From a virus, in IMG/VR virus record IMGVR_UViG_3300037502_002077, positions 1-41,911 of that record: DNA of 41,911 nucleotides. One strand, written 5' to 3'. The position numbers and the translations under genes are program-made. The notes under the pieces are model-generated. The model did not search any database. It had not been told where the DNA came from and saw only the letters and a program-made list of their open reading frames with translations. Positions 7,868 through 15,735 of this stretch are shown here, piece by piece. Each line of letters begins with the position of its first letter. The stretch's first letter is position 1.

Positions 7868-8220
7868 TGTTGTTTCTCCAGGTTGTCGAGTTCGGCTAGG
7901 AGGGCGCGGGCGTCAGCCACTATGTCTCCAATGTCGTCAGGACCGGGCTCGTCGTTCTGCCAATGCTCGTAGTCGGCAACAATCCGCTTTGCTATACCCC
8001 GCAAGCGGTCGTGGTAGTTTACCGCCTTGACAATGTGGCGAGCGTTGGCCTCGGCCTTTTCGATGCCCATGTCTGGCAGCTCATAGCAACCGTTGCACTG
8101 GATCATGTCGCGCCAGTCAACATGCTTGAGATCCGGGTCTTGGTGCATGGCGTCGATAAAGGCGGTCTGGCTGCGCTTGCTGATCCGGCCTGGCGTCCAT
8201 GGTGTTGGTGTTGGTCTCAC
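7864..8220 (-). CDS. hypothetical protein (118 aa, GTG start) with an EANARHIVKAVN motif common in small phage proteins
   Basis: ORF track. GTGA overlap with the upstream stop. Confidence 0.6.
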   Translation of the reverse strand: MRPTPTPWTPGRISKRSQTAFIDAMHQDPDLKHVDWRDMIQCNGCYELPDMGIEKAEANARHIVKAVNYHDRLRGIAKRIVADYEHWQNDEPGPDDIGDIVADARALLAELDNLEKQQ

Positions 8221-8429
8221 TTCACCACCTCCACTTCCCGCAACAACAGCCGGGCTTCCAGTTCGTTCATTTCGCCGTTCACCGCCAGCGTCAACTGCTC
8301 TACCAGCCGGGCGTGAAACTCCGCTGCGGTGCGGATGCCCAGGCTGCGGTTTCCGTTGCCGATGTCGTACAGCTGGTCTCGGGTGCGGTCGGTGATGCTG
8401 ACGTTTCGGTTTTTGGGTTGGTTGGTCAT
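8217..8429 (-). CDS. hypothetical protein (70 aa)
   Basis: Start refined to MTNQPKNRNVSITD, where the ATG at 8429 forms a TAATG overlap with the upstream stop. Confidence 0.55.
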   Translation of the reverse strand: MTNQPKNRNVSITDRTRDQLYDIGNGNRSLGIRTAAEFHARLVEQLTLAVNGEMNELEARLLLREVEVVK

Positions 8430-8587
8430 TACTTCCGGCCCTCCTTGCGTGCCAGCCACTTCTCCGCGCCCTTGCGAGTCTTGAAGTCCTTAGACTGCGT
8501 GAACGTCATGACGGTGAAGGTGCCGTTGCCGTTATCGAATACGCCTTTGCTGATCTGCTCGTTGTTGCCAAGGTCTAGAGTTTTCAT
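8429..8587 (-). CDS. hypothetical protein (52 aa)
   Basis: Start refined to MKTLDLGNNEQISKGVF, preceded by GGAGAGGGAAGGGAA. It is the first gene after the promoter at 8624-8651. Confidence 0.55.
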   Translation of the reverse strand: MKTLDLGNNEQISKGVFDNGNGTFTVMTFTQSKDFKTRKGAEKWLARKEGRK

Positions 8588-8623
8588 TTCCCTTCCCTCT
8601 CCGTTGTCGTCTCTATGGTTATC

Positions 8624-8651
8624 ATTATACACAGTCTGCATGGTGTGTAAA
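8624..8651 (-). promoter_or_regulatory. sigma70-like promoter (TTTACA N16 TATAAT) reading leftward
   Basis: On the minus strand, -35 TTTACA is the complement of 8646-8651 and -10 TATAAT is the complement of 8624-8629. The spacer is 16 nt, and the promoter lies about 35 nt upstream of the ATG at 8587. Confidence 0.5.
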
Positions 8652-8689
8652 GGGGTGTTTATGGGTTTGCGTGAAATCCGGCCAGTCAG

Positions 8690-8985
8690 CAGGCGACTAC
8701 GTTGTCTACGTTAGCCTGCTAACTAAAATCAATTTGTAGTCGCCTCAAACCCGCATGGTTGAGCCGTTTGTCTACAATGTCTACAAATGGACTATAAAAT
8801 ATATAATATATAAGGGGCTTTGTTCCTTTTGTACCCGCTATGTCTATCTAATCCCTTACGTGTCTTTCGCGCGAAAAAAACGTCCCAAACGTAGTCACCT
8901 GCGTAACTCTTTGACCATAAACGAAAAAAGCCGCCACAAGGGCGACTACGCAGCGACTACAGCGACTACAAAAACGTAGACACTA
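8690..8985. repeat. iteron- and AT-rich non-coding region; candidate origin of replication
   Basis: GCGACTAC occurs at 8693, 8942, 8953 and 8962, and inverted at 8736 (a degenerate copy is at 8891). GTCTAC occurs at 8704, 8770 and 8779, inverted at 8976, with a variant GTCTAT at 8842. These flank a pure A/T run, actataaaatatataatatataa (8791-8813). The region lies immediately 3' of the primase/NTPase gene. Confidence 0.5.
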
Positions 8986-11664
8986 GCCGAAAAAGGCAAG
9001 CGGGATGCGAACCGCTCTCGTTTTGACGCCAGCAAACCGAACAGCGTACTCCGTAGACGTTGCGCCCTCGATTCTTCCAAGAATCCGACGCCATCCAGCA
9101 CCCCAAGGCGTATCCCTGAGCAACTTTTCCAGTTCCGCATGCTTGTTTGAGACGAGTAAAAACGATCCATCAACGGCCAATCCGTAGCGCTTCAGCACGT
9201 CGTTTGCGTCCGCTGCCATGATGCCCCCGATATGCTCCTGACCACTGGCAGCGTCGACAACCTCGCCGATAGACCGACTGAGCTGGCCGCGCTCAGACTC
9301 AAATCGGATCTGACTTTGCAGAATGCGCTGCAAGCATGACTCCTCGTCGCTGACTTGCTCCTGCTCCTTGGCGTCTGAGAAATCCATGCGCTTCACCCAC
9401 TCCCTGGCGTCTTCCAGCGCGATCTCGTCGCTTCGGTAGTAAGCACAAGCGCCCGCAATAAGAGTGCCGACCTGATCCCCGATACGTTGGCTACCCAGAG
9501 TCTCAGCAACCGCCCTGGAGAAGGTTTTAGCGTTCTTCCGTATGGCAGGCATCAAATGGTAGGCGCGGGCACGCAGAGAGGCGCACATAGCGTCAGACAA
9601 GGTGTTGTCTACGCGCTTACTGAACGCGTCCCACCGTTCGGCTTCTTCGGGGTTCTTGTCTGGGCTGGCCAGAGACAGAACAGAAAACCGGCTTTCGTCC
9701 GCCGCTTGGGATAGCGAGACGTTGACTGACCCCAGCAGAAACATGGATCGCATGCGGAAGGCCATCCCATGACCGCTTACCGTGCCCTTGATGATCTCTG
9801 CCGTTGAGTCGCTTGAGGATTGGCGCGCTAGCTCAATCACCGTCTGCATGCGGTGCTGGCTGCGGTGGTCTTCGCTCTCAGCCTCGTCAAACACGATAGG
9901 TCGGGCGTCCTGCTTCAGCTTCTGGCGAATGCCGGCCTCCGTGGTGCTCCCCTGCACCATCAGAGCAGACGGGCCTAGCAGCGGCTGCACCATGTGGTCC
10001 TGAATCCACGACTTGCCCGCCCCTCGCTGTGCTGTGATCCAGACGTGAGGCCGCCAAGAAAGCGCCCCGCAGATCGGGGCCAGAAGGCACCAGCCGGCCA
10101 GCATTTGGGCGTAAACCGGCTTGTGCCAGTTCAGGTTCTCGAACATCTCAGCAATCCCGGCAGCGGTGTTGTCGTCAGCCGGTTTCGCGTCTGCCCCGTG
10201 CTCAAGCGCCGGCTGACGGGTGTAGATGTAGCTTGAGTCGTGTTCGGCAATCGTGCGCTGCTGTCCGTCAACCAGCAGTCTGTCGCCCAGGTGCAGCACA
10301 GCGCTGCCCTTGTCGTACCAAGCGCCACGACCACGCTCACGGTCAGAACTGTAGATCCCCCGGCGCTCACAGCCGCGCATGCAGTCGTTCGCCGCTGCAT
10401 GCCAGTCTGTGCCGCCTTGCTTACCCTTGGGGTAGGCCATCTCCCACCACTCAAGCGGTGCAAGGCTCAGCAGTTCGGCAGGGCTTGTGTGGCTTCCTCG
10501 CTTTATCTCGCTCACCTGTTCGGTGCCACGGGGCAGGTAGTAATAGGCGTTGCCGTTGTAACCCAGGAAGCGGAACGGAAGGCCGGCCGGCTGATGCTCA
10601 GGGGTTGGCTGTGGCTGTTCCGGAACAGGCTCCGCAGCCATGGCCTTGGCCTGTTCGGTTCGCTGGCGTTCCGGCTTGAGCCCCAAAAGTTCAGCCGCCG
10701 ACTTAACCGCCTTGCTCACGTCCCCCGCGTGCTCGTAATGGCAGAACAGGTCAAAGGCGTTAACTGGTTGGCCGTTTTCCTCGCTGCACAGCGGATCTGA
10801 TGCGTGGTGAATAAAGCATGACTGCTCATCGGGGAACAAGACAACACCCGGCAGGTTGGTGCCGCTGTGGGGGCTCAAATACCTAGATCTGCCCTTGCGA
10901 ACATAGCCATATTGCTCAAGAGTCAACCTTAGATCATGCGCATCTATGAACGATTGAATTACGTTTTGATCTTTCGGTTCCTGCTTTTTCTGTTTAGCTT
11001 TGGCCGATAACGGGGATTGATCTTCAAGCCACGGGCAAAAACCTACCAATTGTGGCTTAAAGTTGTCCCATGCCGTCCACATAGAAATCAGCCAGTCAGG
11101 AGGCTCCGGCCAAATACTTCCTTGTTTTGGCGGCTGAACTATCCATTTGTATGGCTCTTTCGTGTCTGGATGAATTGATGGGGGGAGCATATCGAATCGG
11201 CTTTTTCCATCACAAGATGCTCTAAGCTCAAAAACCGTGTAAGACTTTGATTTATCGCTTTCTTTTTTCCAGTTAAGCTTCGTGTACGGAAGGGCTTTAT
11301 CTTCAGGGACACGGAAAACTATCCTTCTACCCTTTGATGACCCCTGGATTGTTGGGTATTTCCAAAGATCATTAGGATCAATACCGAACTCGGCGAGGAT
11401 ATGCTGGAAAGATTCCTCACAGTCAATATCCAAGCTGCATAGACCTGAATCGCCAAGAGAGACCCCGATATTTTGATCGCTGTGATCAGAGAAGTATTGC
11501 TCTGCGATATCTGGATCAGGCATTGCGTGGCTACCCCAATCGTTCATCAGGGGGAGCTTGCTTGATGGCTTAATTGGGATTACGTGCATCCCGTACCTTT
11601 CTGTATATCTACGCGCGTACCACGAAATACTTTTCACAGAAGCCTCCCATTCTCGTTTGCCCAT
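8983..11664 (-). CDS. bifunctional primase-polymerase (AEP/PrimPol N-terminal domain) fused to a P-loop NTPase (helicase-like) domain
   Basis: 893 aa. AEP motifs are LCSLDIDCEE (DxD) and PPSIHPDT (sxH). Walker A is AQRGAGKSW and Walker B is IVFDEAE. Confidence 0.85.
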   Translation of the reverse strand: MGKREWEASVKSISWYARRYTERYGMHVIPIKPSSKLPLMNDWGSHAMPDPDIAEQYFSDHSDQNIGVSLGDSGLCSLDIDCEESFQHILAEFGIDPNDLWKYPTIQGSSKGRRIVFRVPEDKALPYTKLNWKKESDKSKSYTVFELRASCDGKSRFDMLPPSIHPDTKEPYKWIVQPPKQGSIWPEPPDWLISMWTAWDNFKPQLVGFCPWLEDQSPLSAKAKQKKQEPKDQNVIQSFIDAHDLRLTLEQYGYVRKGRSRYLSPHSGTNLPGVVLFPDEQSCFIHHASDPLCSEENGQPVNAFDLFCHYEHAGDVSKAVKSAAELLGLKPERQRTEQAKAMAAEPVPEQPQPTPEHQPAGLPFRFLGYNGNAYYYLPRGTEQVSEIKRGSHTSPAELLSLAPLEWWEMAYPKGKQGGTDWHAAANDCMRGCERRGIYSSDRERGRGAWYDKGSAVLHLGDRLLVDGQQRTIAEHDSSYIYTRQPALEHGADAKPADDNTAAGIAEMFENLNWHKPVYAQMLAGWCLLAPICGALSWRPHVWITAQRGAGKSWIQDHMVQPLLGPSALMVQGSTTEAGIRQKLKQDARPIVFDEAESEDHRSQHRMQTVIELARQSSSDSTAEIIKGTVSGHGMAFRMRSMFLLGSVNVSLSQAADESRFSVLSLASPDKNPEEAERWDAFSKRVDNTLSDAMCASLRARAYHLMPAIRKNAKTFSRAVAETLGSQRIGDQVGTLIAGACAYYRSDEIALEDAREWVKRMDFSDAKEQEQVSDEESCLQRILQSQIRFESERGQLSRSIGEVVDAASGQEHIGGIMAADANDVLKRYGLAVDGSFLLVSNKHAELEKLLRDTPWGAGWRRILGRIEGATSTEYAVRFAGVKTRAVRIPLAFFG

Positions 11665-12248
11665 TCAATGGGATCTTTAGCCGACTTCCGTAAGTTGCAC
11701 TCTACGCAAAGAATTTGCAGGTTTGTCGATTCGTTCGACCCTCCCCTTGAAAGAGGCACTATGTGATCAACGTGATATTTTTTGTTTGCCCCGCCGACCT
11801 TATCTTGACAACTTGCGCATCTGCCCCTTTGCATCCTAAGAGCCTTCTCTTCGCAAAAATCTAAACCAAGGCCATCGGTCCCGGCTTTCTGCGCCCGCCT
11901 CTTTCTTTCGTGCTTGCGCTTCACCTCCGGGTTCTCCTTGAAGTAATTTCTTGTTTTCTCTCTGAGTTGCTCAGAGTTTTTTTCATAGTAATCTCTTTGC
12001 CTAGACAAAACCCTTTCTCTGTTCCTTTGGTGATAATCCCTTAGCCTTGAAAGGTATTTCTCTCGGTTATTCTTTCTATATTTATCTAAATAAATGGCTT
12101 GGCAGTCGGTACACTTTCCGCAGCCGACGTATCTTTCTGCAATATGCCCGCGCAGGCACGGCTTTCCTGTAAAATACTTGGTCAGGCCAGCCTCTTTAGC
12201 ATCTTTTCGGGTGATAACTTTGGTGGTCATTCTGAATTCCTCAGTCAA
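11634..12248 (-). CDS. HNH endonuclease (homing-type), in a low-GC block
   Basis: 204 aa. C-terminal HNH core: YHVDHIVPLSRGGSNESTNLQILCVECNLRK. An N-terminal Cys cluster is present. Visibly AT-richer than its neighbours, and the 3' end overlaps the primase start by 31 nt. Confidence 0.88.
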   Translation of the reverse strand: MTEEFRMTTKVITRKDAKEAGLTKYFTGKPCLRGHIAERYVGCGKCTDCQAIYLDKYRKNNREKYLSRLRDYHQRNRERVLSRQRDYYEKNSEQLREKTRNYFKENPEVKRKHERKRRAQKAGTDGLGLDFCEEKALRMQRGRCASCQDKVGGANKKYHVDHIVPLSRGGSNESTNLQILCVECNLRKSAKDPIEWANENGRLL

Positions 12249-12305
12249 AGGTAGTCAAAGAAATGGCGCGGCAGGCAGTGACTAGCTGCTTTTCATCTGG
12301 CCGGA

Positions 12306-12659
12306 CTAGCCGCGCACTATCAATTGTAGCGCCTCGTCTACAGATCGGGCAATGCCGGCGATTCCGCCAGCGTTGCGGACGGCCGCTATGAAGCGTAGTT
12401 GTTCTTTGGTTGGGCGGCCCGTAGGCGTCTTGACTTCGATGGCCAAGAACCGTCCGTCAGGCGCTATGCCCACGATGTCGGAGCTGCCTACGCAGAGCCC
12501 GAACGTCATCATGCGGGCATCAGTGAGCGTGACTTGATCGCCCGCCCTGTGTATCTGCTTACCGATCCACGCTCCGGCAGTCTCGTTCCGCCAAACCGTG
12601 CAGCCGGCCTCAGATAATGCCAGCATGATTAGACGCTGGATTTTCGTTTCTTTGTTCAT
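12306..12659 (-). CDS. VRR-NUC domain nuclease
   Basis: 117 aa. PD-(D/E)XK core: SSDIVGIAPDGRFLAIEVKTPTGRPTKEQLRFI. Confidence 0.85.
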   Translation of the reverse strand: MNKETKIQRLIMLALSEAGCTVWRNETAGAWIGKQIHRAGDQVTLTDARMMTFGLCVGSSDIVGIAPDGRFLAIEVKTPTGRPTKEQLRFIAAVRNAGGIAGIARSVDEALQLIVRG

Positions 12660-14095
12660 GCCGCCCTCACCTCAGCCAGCAACCGCTTGGCCTGTTGATA
12701 ATCCGATGCAGTAGGCTTGCGCCCCTCTCTCGCACAGTGAACGTGTACCGCCCAGCCGCTGGGGTTTTTCATGCCGCGACGGACGCCTAACTGAATCAGA
12801 TCTTGCAGGTTTCTGGCTGCGCCTTGGTTGCGTTTGCGCTGGCGTTTTTCTGCCTCAATATCAATGCGCTCAAGTTCGCCGTCAACCACTTGGATCTCGG
12901 CTTTCTTTCGCACTTCTACAGGCTTTCCGCAAGATGGACACACAGAAGGCCCTGGCCGAAAAATGTGAAAGCAATGCTTGCACTGCTGCACGTTTACGTC
13001 GGCTTCGTCGTCTGTTTTTCGCTTGCGCTTCTTTCGGCCTTCCAGCGACCATTCGCGGTCTTCGTCTGGGAGTCCGAACCCTGGTCTTGCCCAGTTTCCG
13101 ACCTGATCGAGAATCAGCAACCGATCCTTGCTATCTGACGGCCTGAGTCCACGGCCATTCCCCTGCATCCAAATTATCAGGGATTGCGTAGGTCGCAACC
13201 ACTGCACAACTTCGATTGACGGAATATCAACGCCCTCGATAAGCAGCTGCACATTGGTAATTACAAGCGTCTCTCCGCGCCTGAACCGATTTAGCACGGC
13301 CTCGCGCTCAGGATTCGTCATGCTTCCCTCGATCATTTCCGCAGGCACGCCAGCCGCCCTGTATGACTCCATGACATGCTCCGCGTGACGAATAGATACG
13401 CACATAACAACGCATCGCTTGCCGTACGCGTGCTTCTTGTAAGTGGCCACGGCATCCCCGGTAATCGTCGGCTTATCCATGGTCTGCTCAAGCTCGCGCT
13501 TGTCGTAGTCACCCATGCGCGTTTTAACTGCGGAGAGATCAACCGTGGATGGCGGCGCGAATATCTCATAGTCGGACAGGTAGCCAGCATCAATAAGCTG
13601 CCGAATAGATGGCCCCTGAACGATGGCGCTGTAGGTGCCATCTAGCCCCTTGCCGTCCGTACGCTGCGGCGTGGCTGTAAGCCCAATAACCTTGGCGTTC
13701 GGATAGGCTTCCAGGATCTTCTGGTAAGTGGTAGAGGCGCTACGGTGGCACTCGTCAATAATGATCAGGTCGGGCTCTGGGTATTGGTCCGTTCTGCGCA
13801 CCCACGTTTGAACGCTGGCCACTTGAGCGGGCAGCTTGCTCAAGCGCTTGCCGGCAGCAATCATGCCGTGCTCTAGTTTCTGCTGCCACAGGGCCTTGCT
13901 TGTCTGGCTCAGTAGCTCGTTTTGGTGAACACAGAAGACGCTACGCTTTCCAGCCTCGGCAGCTCGGCCCATCATGTATACCGTAATGGCGGTCTTGCCT
14001 GCGCCCGTTGGAGCCTGCATCAATACGCGCTGGTGACGGCGTAGCTTTTCCCGCGTCTCATCTATCAGTCGCTCTTGGTAGGGGCGCAGTTTCAT
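12656..14095 (-). CDS. SF2 DEAD/DEAH-box (DECH) helicase with a C-terminal zinc ribbon
   Basis: 479 aa. Motifs: APTGAGKT, IIIDECHRS, LTATP and CKHC...CPSC. Confidence 0.9.
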   Translation of the reverse strand: MKLRPYQERLIDETREKLRRHQRVLMQAPTGAGKTAITVYMMGRAAEAGKRSVFCVHQNELLSQTSKALWQQKLEHGMIAAGKRLSKLPAQVASVQTWVRRTDQYPEPDLIIIDECHRSASTTYQKILEAYPNAKVIGLTATPQRTDGKGLDGTYSAIVQGPSIRQLIDAGYLSDYEIFAPPSTVDLSAVKTRMGDYDKRELEQTMDKPTITGDAVATYKKHAYGKRCVVMCVSIRHAEHVMESYRAAGVPAEMIEGSMTNPEREAVLNRFRRGETLVITNVQLLIEGVDIPSIEVVQWLRPTQSLIIWMQGNGRGLRPSDSKDRLLILDQVGNWARPGFGLPDEDREWSLEGRKKRKRKTDDEADVNVQQCKHCFHIFRPGPSVCPSCGKPVEVRKKAEIQVVDGELERIDIEAEKRQRKRNQGAARNLQDLIQLGVRRGMKNPSGWAVHVHCAREGRKPTASDYQQAKRLLAEVRAA

Positions 14096-14262
14096 GCCTT
14101 GCCCTCCAGATAATCAGACAACGCCTTAACCGTTTCGTATAGTGGTTTGCTGTCCTCTTTCATGAGACGGTAAACGCTGGCAGAGCTAATCCCTGCGTCA
14201 TACGCGACCTTTCTTAAGTTCCTGTCTGACAAAGCAGACCTGATCTCTTCAACCGTTTTCAT
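14092..14262 (-). CDS. small HTH DNA-binding protein (56 aa, Cro-like position), absent from the ORF track
   Basis: Own translation: MKTVEEIRSALSDRNLRKVAYDAGISSASVYRLMKEDSKPLYETVKALSDYLEGKA. ATGA overlap with the helicase start. It is the first gene of the leftward operon at the divergent control region. Confidence 0.6.
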   Translation of the reverse strand: MKTVEEIRSALSDRNLRKVAYDAGISSASVYRLMKEDSKPLYETVKALSDYLEGKA

Positions 14263-14291
14263 CTATCGCCCTCGTTAATAATTTTTCGATC

Positions 14292-14332
14292 ACGTTGACA
14301 ATCCTAGCGCCTGCGACTAATCTAGTCAACGT
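14292..14332. promoter_or_regulatory. fully overlapping divergent sigma70-like promoters framed by an 8-bp inverted repeat
   Basis: Rightward promoter: TTGACA (14295-14300), N17, TAATCT (14318-14323). Leftward promoter: TTGACT (complement of 14324-14329), N17, TAGGAT (complement of 14301-14306). The inverted repeat is ACGTTGAC (14292-14299) and GTCAACGT (14325-14332). A direct repeat ACCGACCAA occurs twice (14336, 14349) just before the ATG at 14360. Confidence 0.5.
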
Positions 14333-14359
14333 CAAACCGACCAAAAGGACCGACCAACC

Positions 14360-15226
14360 ATGATAGAAGTTATCGAATACACCCCCGGCATGACGATTGA
14401 GCCGCCGTGCTTTATCGAAGGCATGCCGAATGATGTTTATCACTCACACCCGGGAGGTGTTAGCTCGTCTGGCTTGAAGCTGGTAGAGCGAAGCCCCGCC
14501 CACTATCGCTACCAGGCGGCACGCGCCCCGTCCCGTGCAATGGAAATTGGCACAGCTATACACACAGCCTTGCTAGAGCCTGAGCGATTCGCGACCGACT
14601 ACGTTTTACTCAAAGACGTAAAAGACCGCCGCGCAAGTGAATACAAGGCAGCAACGAAAGTTCACGGCACCGAGTGCGTTCTGGTCGCCAGCGAGGCAGA
14701 TCAGGTGGCCGGCATGCAGGAAGCTGTACTGTCAAATCCGGCCATGTCTGAACGGCTAAACGCGGAAGGCTGGCGGGAGCTATCCTTGTTCGTGCGTGAC
14801 CCAGAAACCGGCGTGCTGATCCGGGTACGCTATGACCTGCTGACGGTCAGCGGCATTGCAGTGGATCTCAAGAGCTGCCAGGACGTTAGACCTGACGAGT
14901 TCAGTAAGTCGATATTCAACTACGGCTATGACCTGCAAGCGGCACTGTACGCAGACGCTTTTGAGTGGGCAACTGGCGCCCCCCTCGGCGCGTTTGAGTT
15001 TGCAGCTGTAGAGAAGGAAATGCCTCACGGGCACAAACTGTACCTGCCAGACGAAACCATGATGCAAGAAGGTCGCCGCCGCTACCGAGAAGCACTGAAC
15101 CTGTTTGCCGAGTGCGAGCGCTCCGGCGAGTGGCCCGGCATTACATGCGACGGCCCGGAGCTGATCAGCTTGCCAAGTTGGCGCGTTGCTCAGATTGAAA
15201 ACGAGATTGAACAGGAGATTTTTTGA
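14360..15226 (+). CDS. PD-(D/E)XK recombination exonuclease (exodeoxyribonuclease VIII / Cas4-like fold)
   Basis: 288 aa. Segments: YHSHPGGVSSSGLK, RVRYDLL...IAVDLKSCQD, YDLQAALY. Confidence 0.75.
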   Translation: MIEVIEYTPGMTIEPPCFIEGMPNDVYHSHPGGVSSSGLKLVERSPAHYRYQAARAPSRAMEIGTAIHTALLEPERFATDYVLLKDVKDRRASEYKAATKVHGTECVLVASEADQVAGMQEAVLSNPAMSERLNAEGWRELSLFVRDPETGVLIRVRYDLLTVSGIAVDLKSCQDVRPDEFSKSIFNYGYDLQAALYADAFEWATGAPLGAFEFAAVEKEMPHGHKLYLPDETMMQEGRRRYREALNLFAECERSGEWPGITCDGPELISLPSWRVAQIENEIEQEIF

Positions 15227-15735
15227 TGAAGCCTGCACCGCTGCCTAGCGCAGAGAGACTAAGCCAGCTTTTTGTTCTCGATAGCAAAAGAGGCGTTTTG
15301 TTGCATAGAAAAAAGTGCGGCATAAAGTCTGGCAGCATTGCAGGTAATGTTATGCCGCAAGGGTATAGACGCGTGAAAGTTGACGGAAAGCTGTACCTGT
15401 CGCACAGGCTTATTTACGCAATGGCCTATGGAGATTGCCCTCAGCATATGGAAGTTGATCACATAAACGGCAACAAGTCAGACAGCAGGCCGGAAAATTT
15501 GAGGCTTGCGACTAGAAGCCAGAACAGGCACAACGTCGACACTTACGCGAATAACAGCACAAATAAAAAAGGAACTTGGTACGACAAACGAAGAAAAGCG
15601 TTTTTCTGCGCAGTTCAGTGTAACGGCCTCAGAGAGCAATTTGGGCCTTTTGAAACCCTTCTGGAAGCAAGCAATACCTATTGCAGAGAGGCGAAAGAAA
15701 GGTTCGGCAATTTTTACAGGAGTGAATCCGTATGA
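15226..15735 (+). CDS. HNH homing endonuclease with an AP2-like DNA-binding domain
   Basis: SHRLIYAMAYG...EVDHINGNKSDSRPENLRLATRSQNRHN, followed by GTWYDKRRKAFFCAVQCNGLREQFGPFETLLEASNTY. Lower GC than its neighbours. TGATG and ATGA overlaps with the flanking genes. Confidence 0.85.
   Translation: MKPAPLPSAERLSQLFVLDSKRGVLLHRKKCGIKSGSIAGNVMPQGYRRVKVDGKLYLSHRLIYAMAYGDCPQHMEVDHINGNKSDSRPENLRLATRSQNRHNVDTYANNSTNKKGTWYDKRRKAFFCAVQCNGLREQFGPFETLLEASNTYCREAKERFGNFYRSESV

Noticed and set aside
8755-8979. 74-aa plus-strand ORF inside the ori-like region
   Set aside because: It runs through the pure A/T tract and the iterons. Its translation is an implausible Tyr/Lys/Ile-rich peptide, it has no SD, and it is on the opposite strand to all neighbouring genes.
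8690-8985. The short GCGACTAC / GTCTAC repeats as a CRISPR array or tRNA-like element
   Set aside because: The repeats are only 6-8 bp with irregular 1-3 bp to tens-of-bp spacing. There is no repeat-spacer periodicity and no cloverleaf-compatible structure. An origin or regulatory role fits better.
14092-14262. A lysogeny module (CI repressor and integrase) around the HTH genes at 14092-14262 and 20442-20714
   Set aside because: - No integrase, excisionase or attP-like feature, and no LexA/CI-type (S24 peptidase) repressor, can be found in any frame.
- The HTH proteins are small and Cro-like.
- The phage is more likely virulent or non-integrative, though that cannot be proven from sequence.
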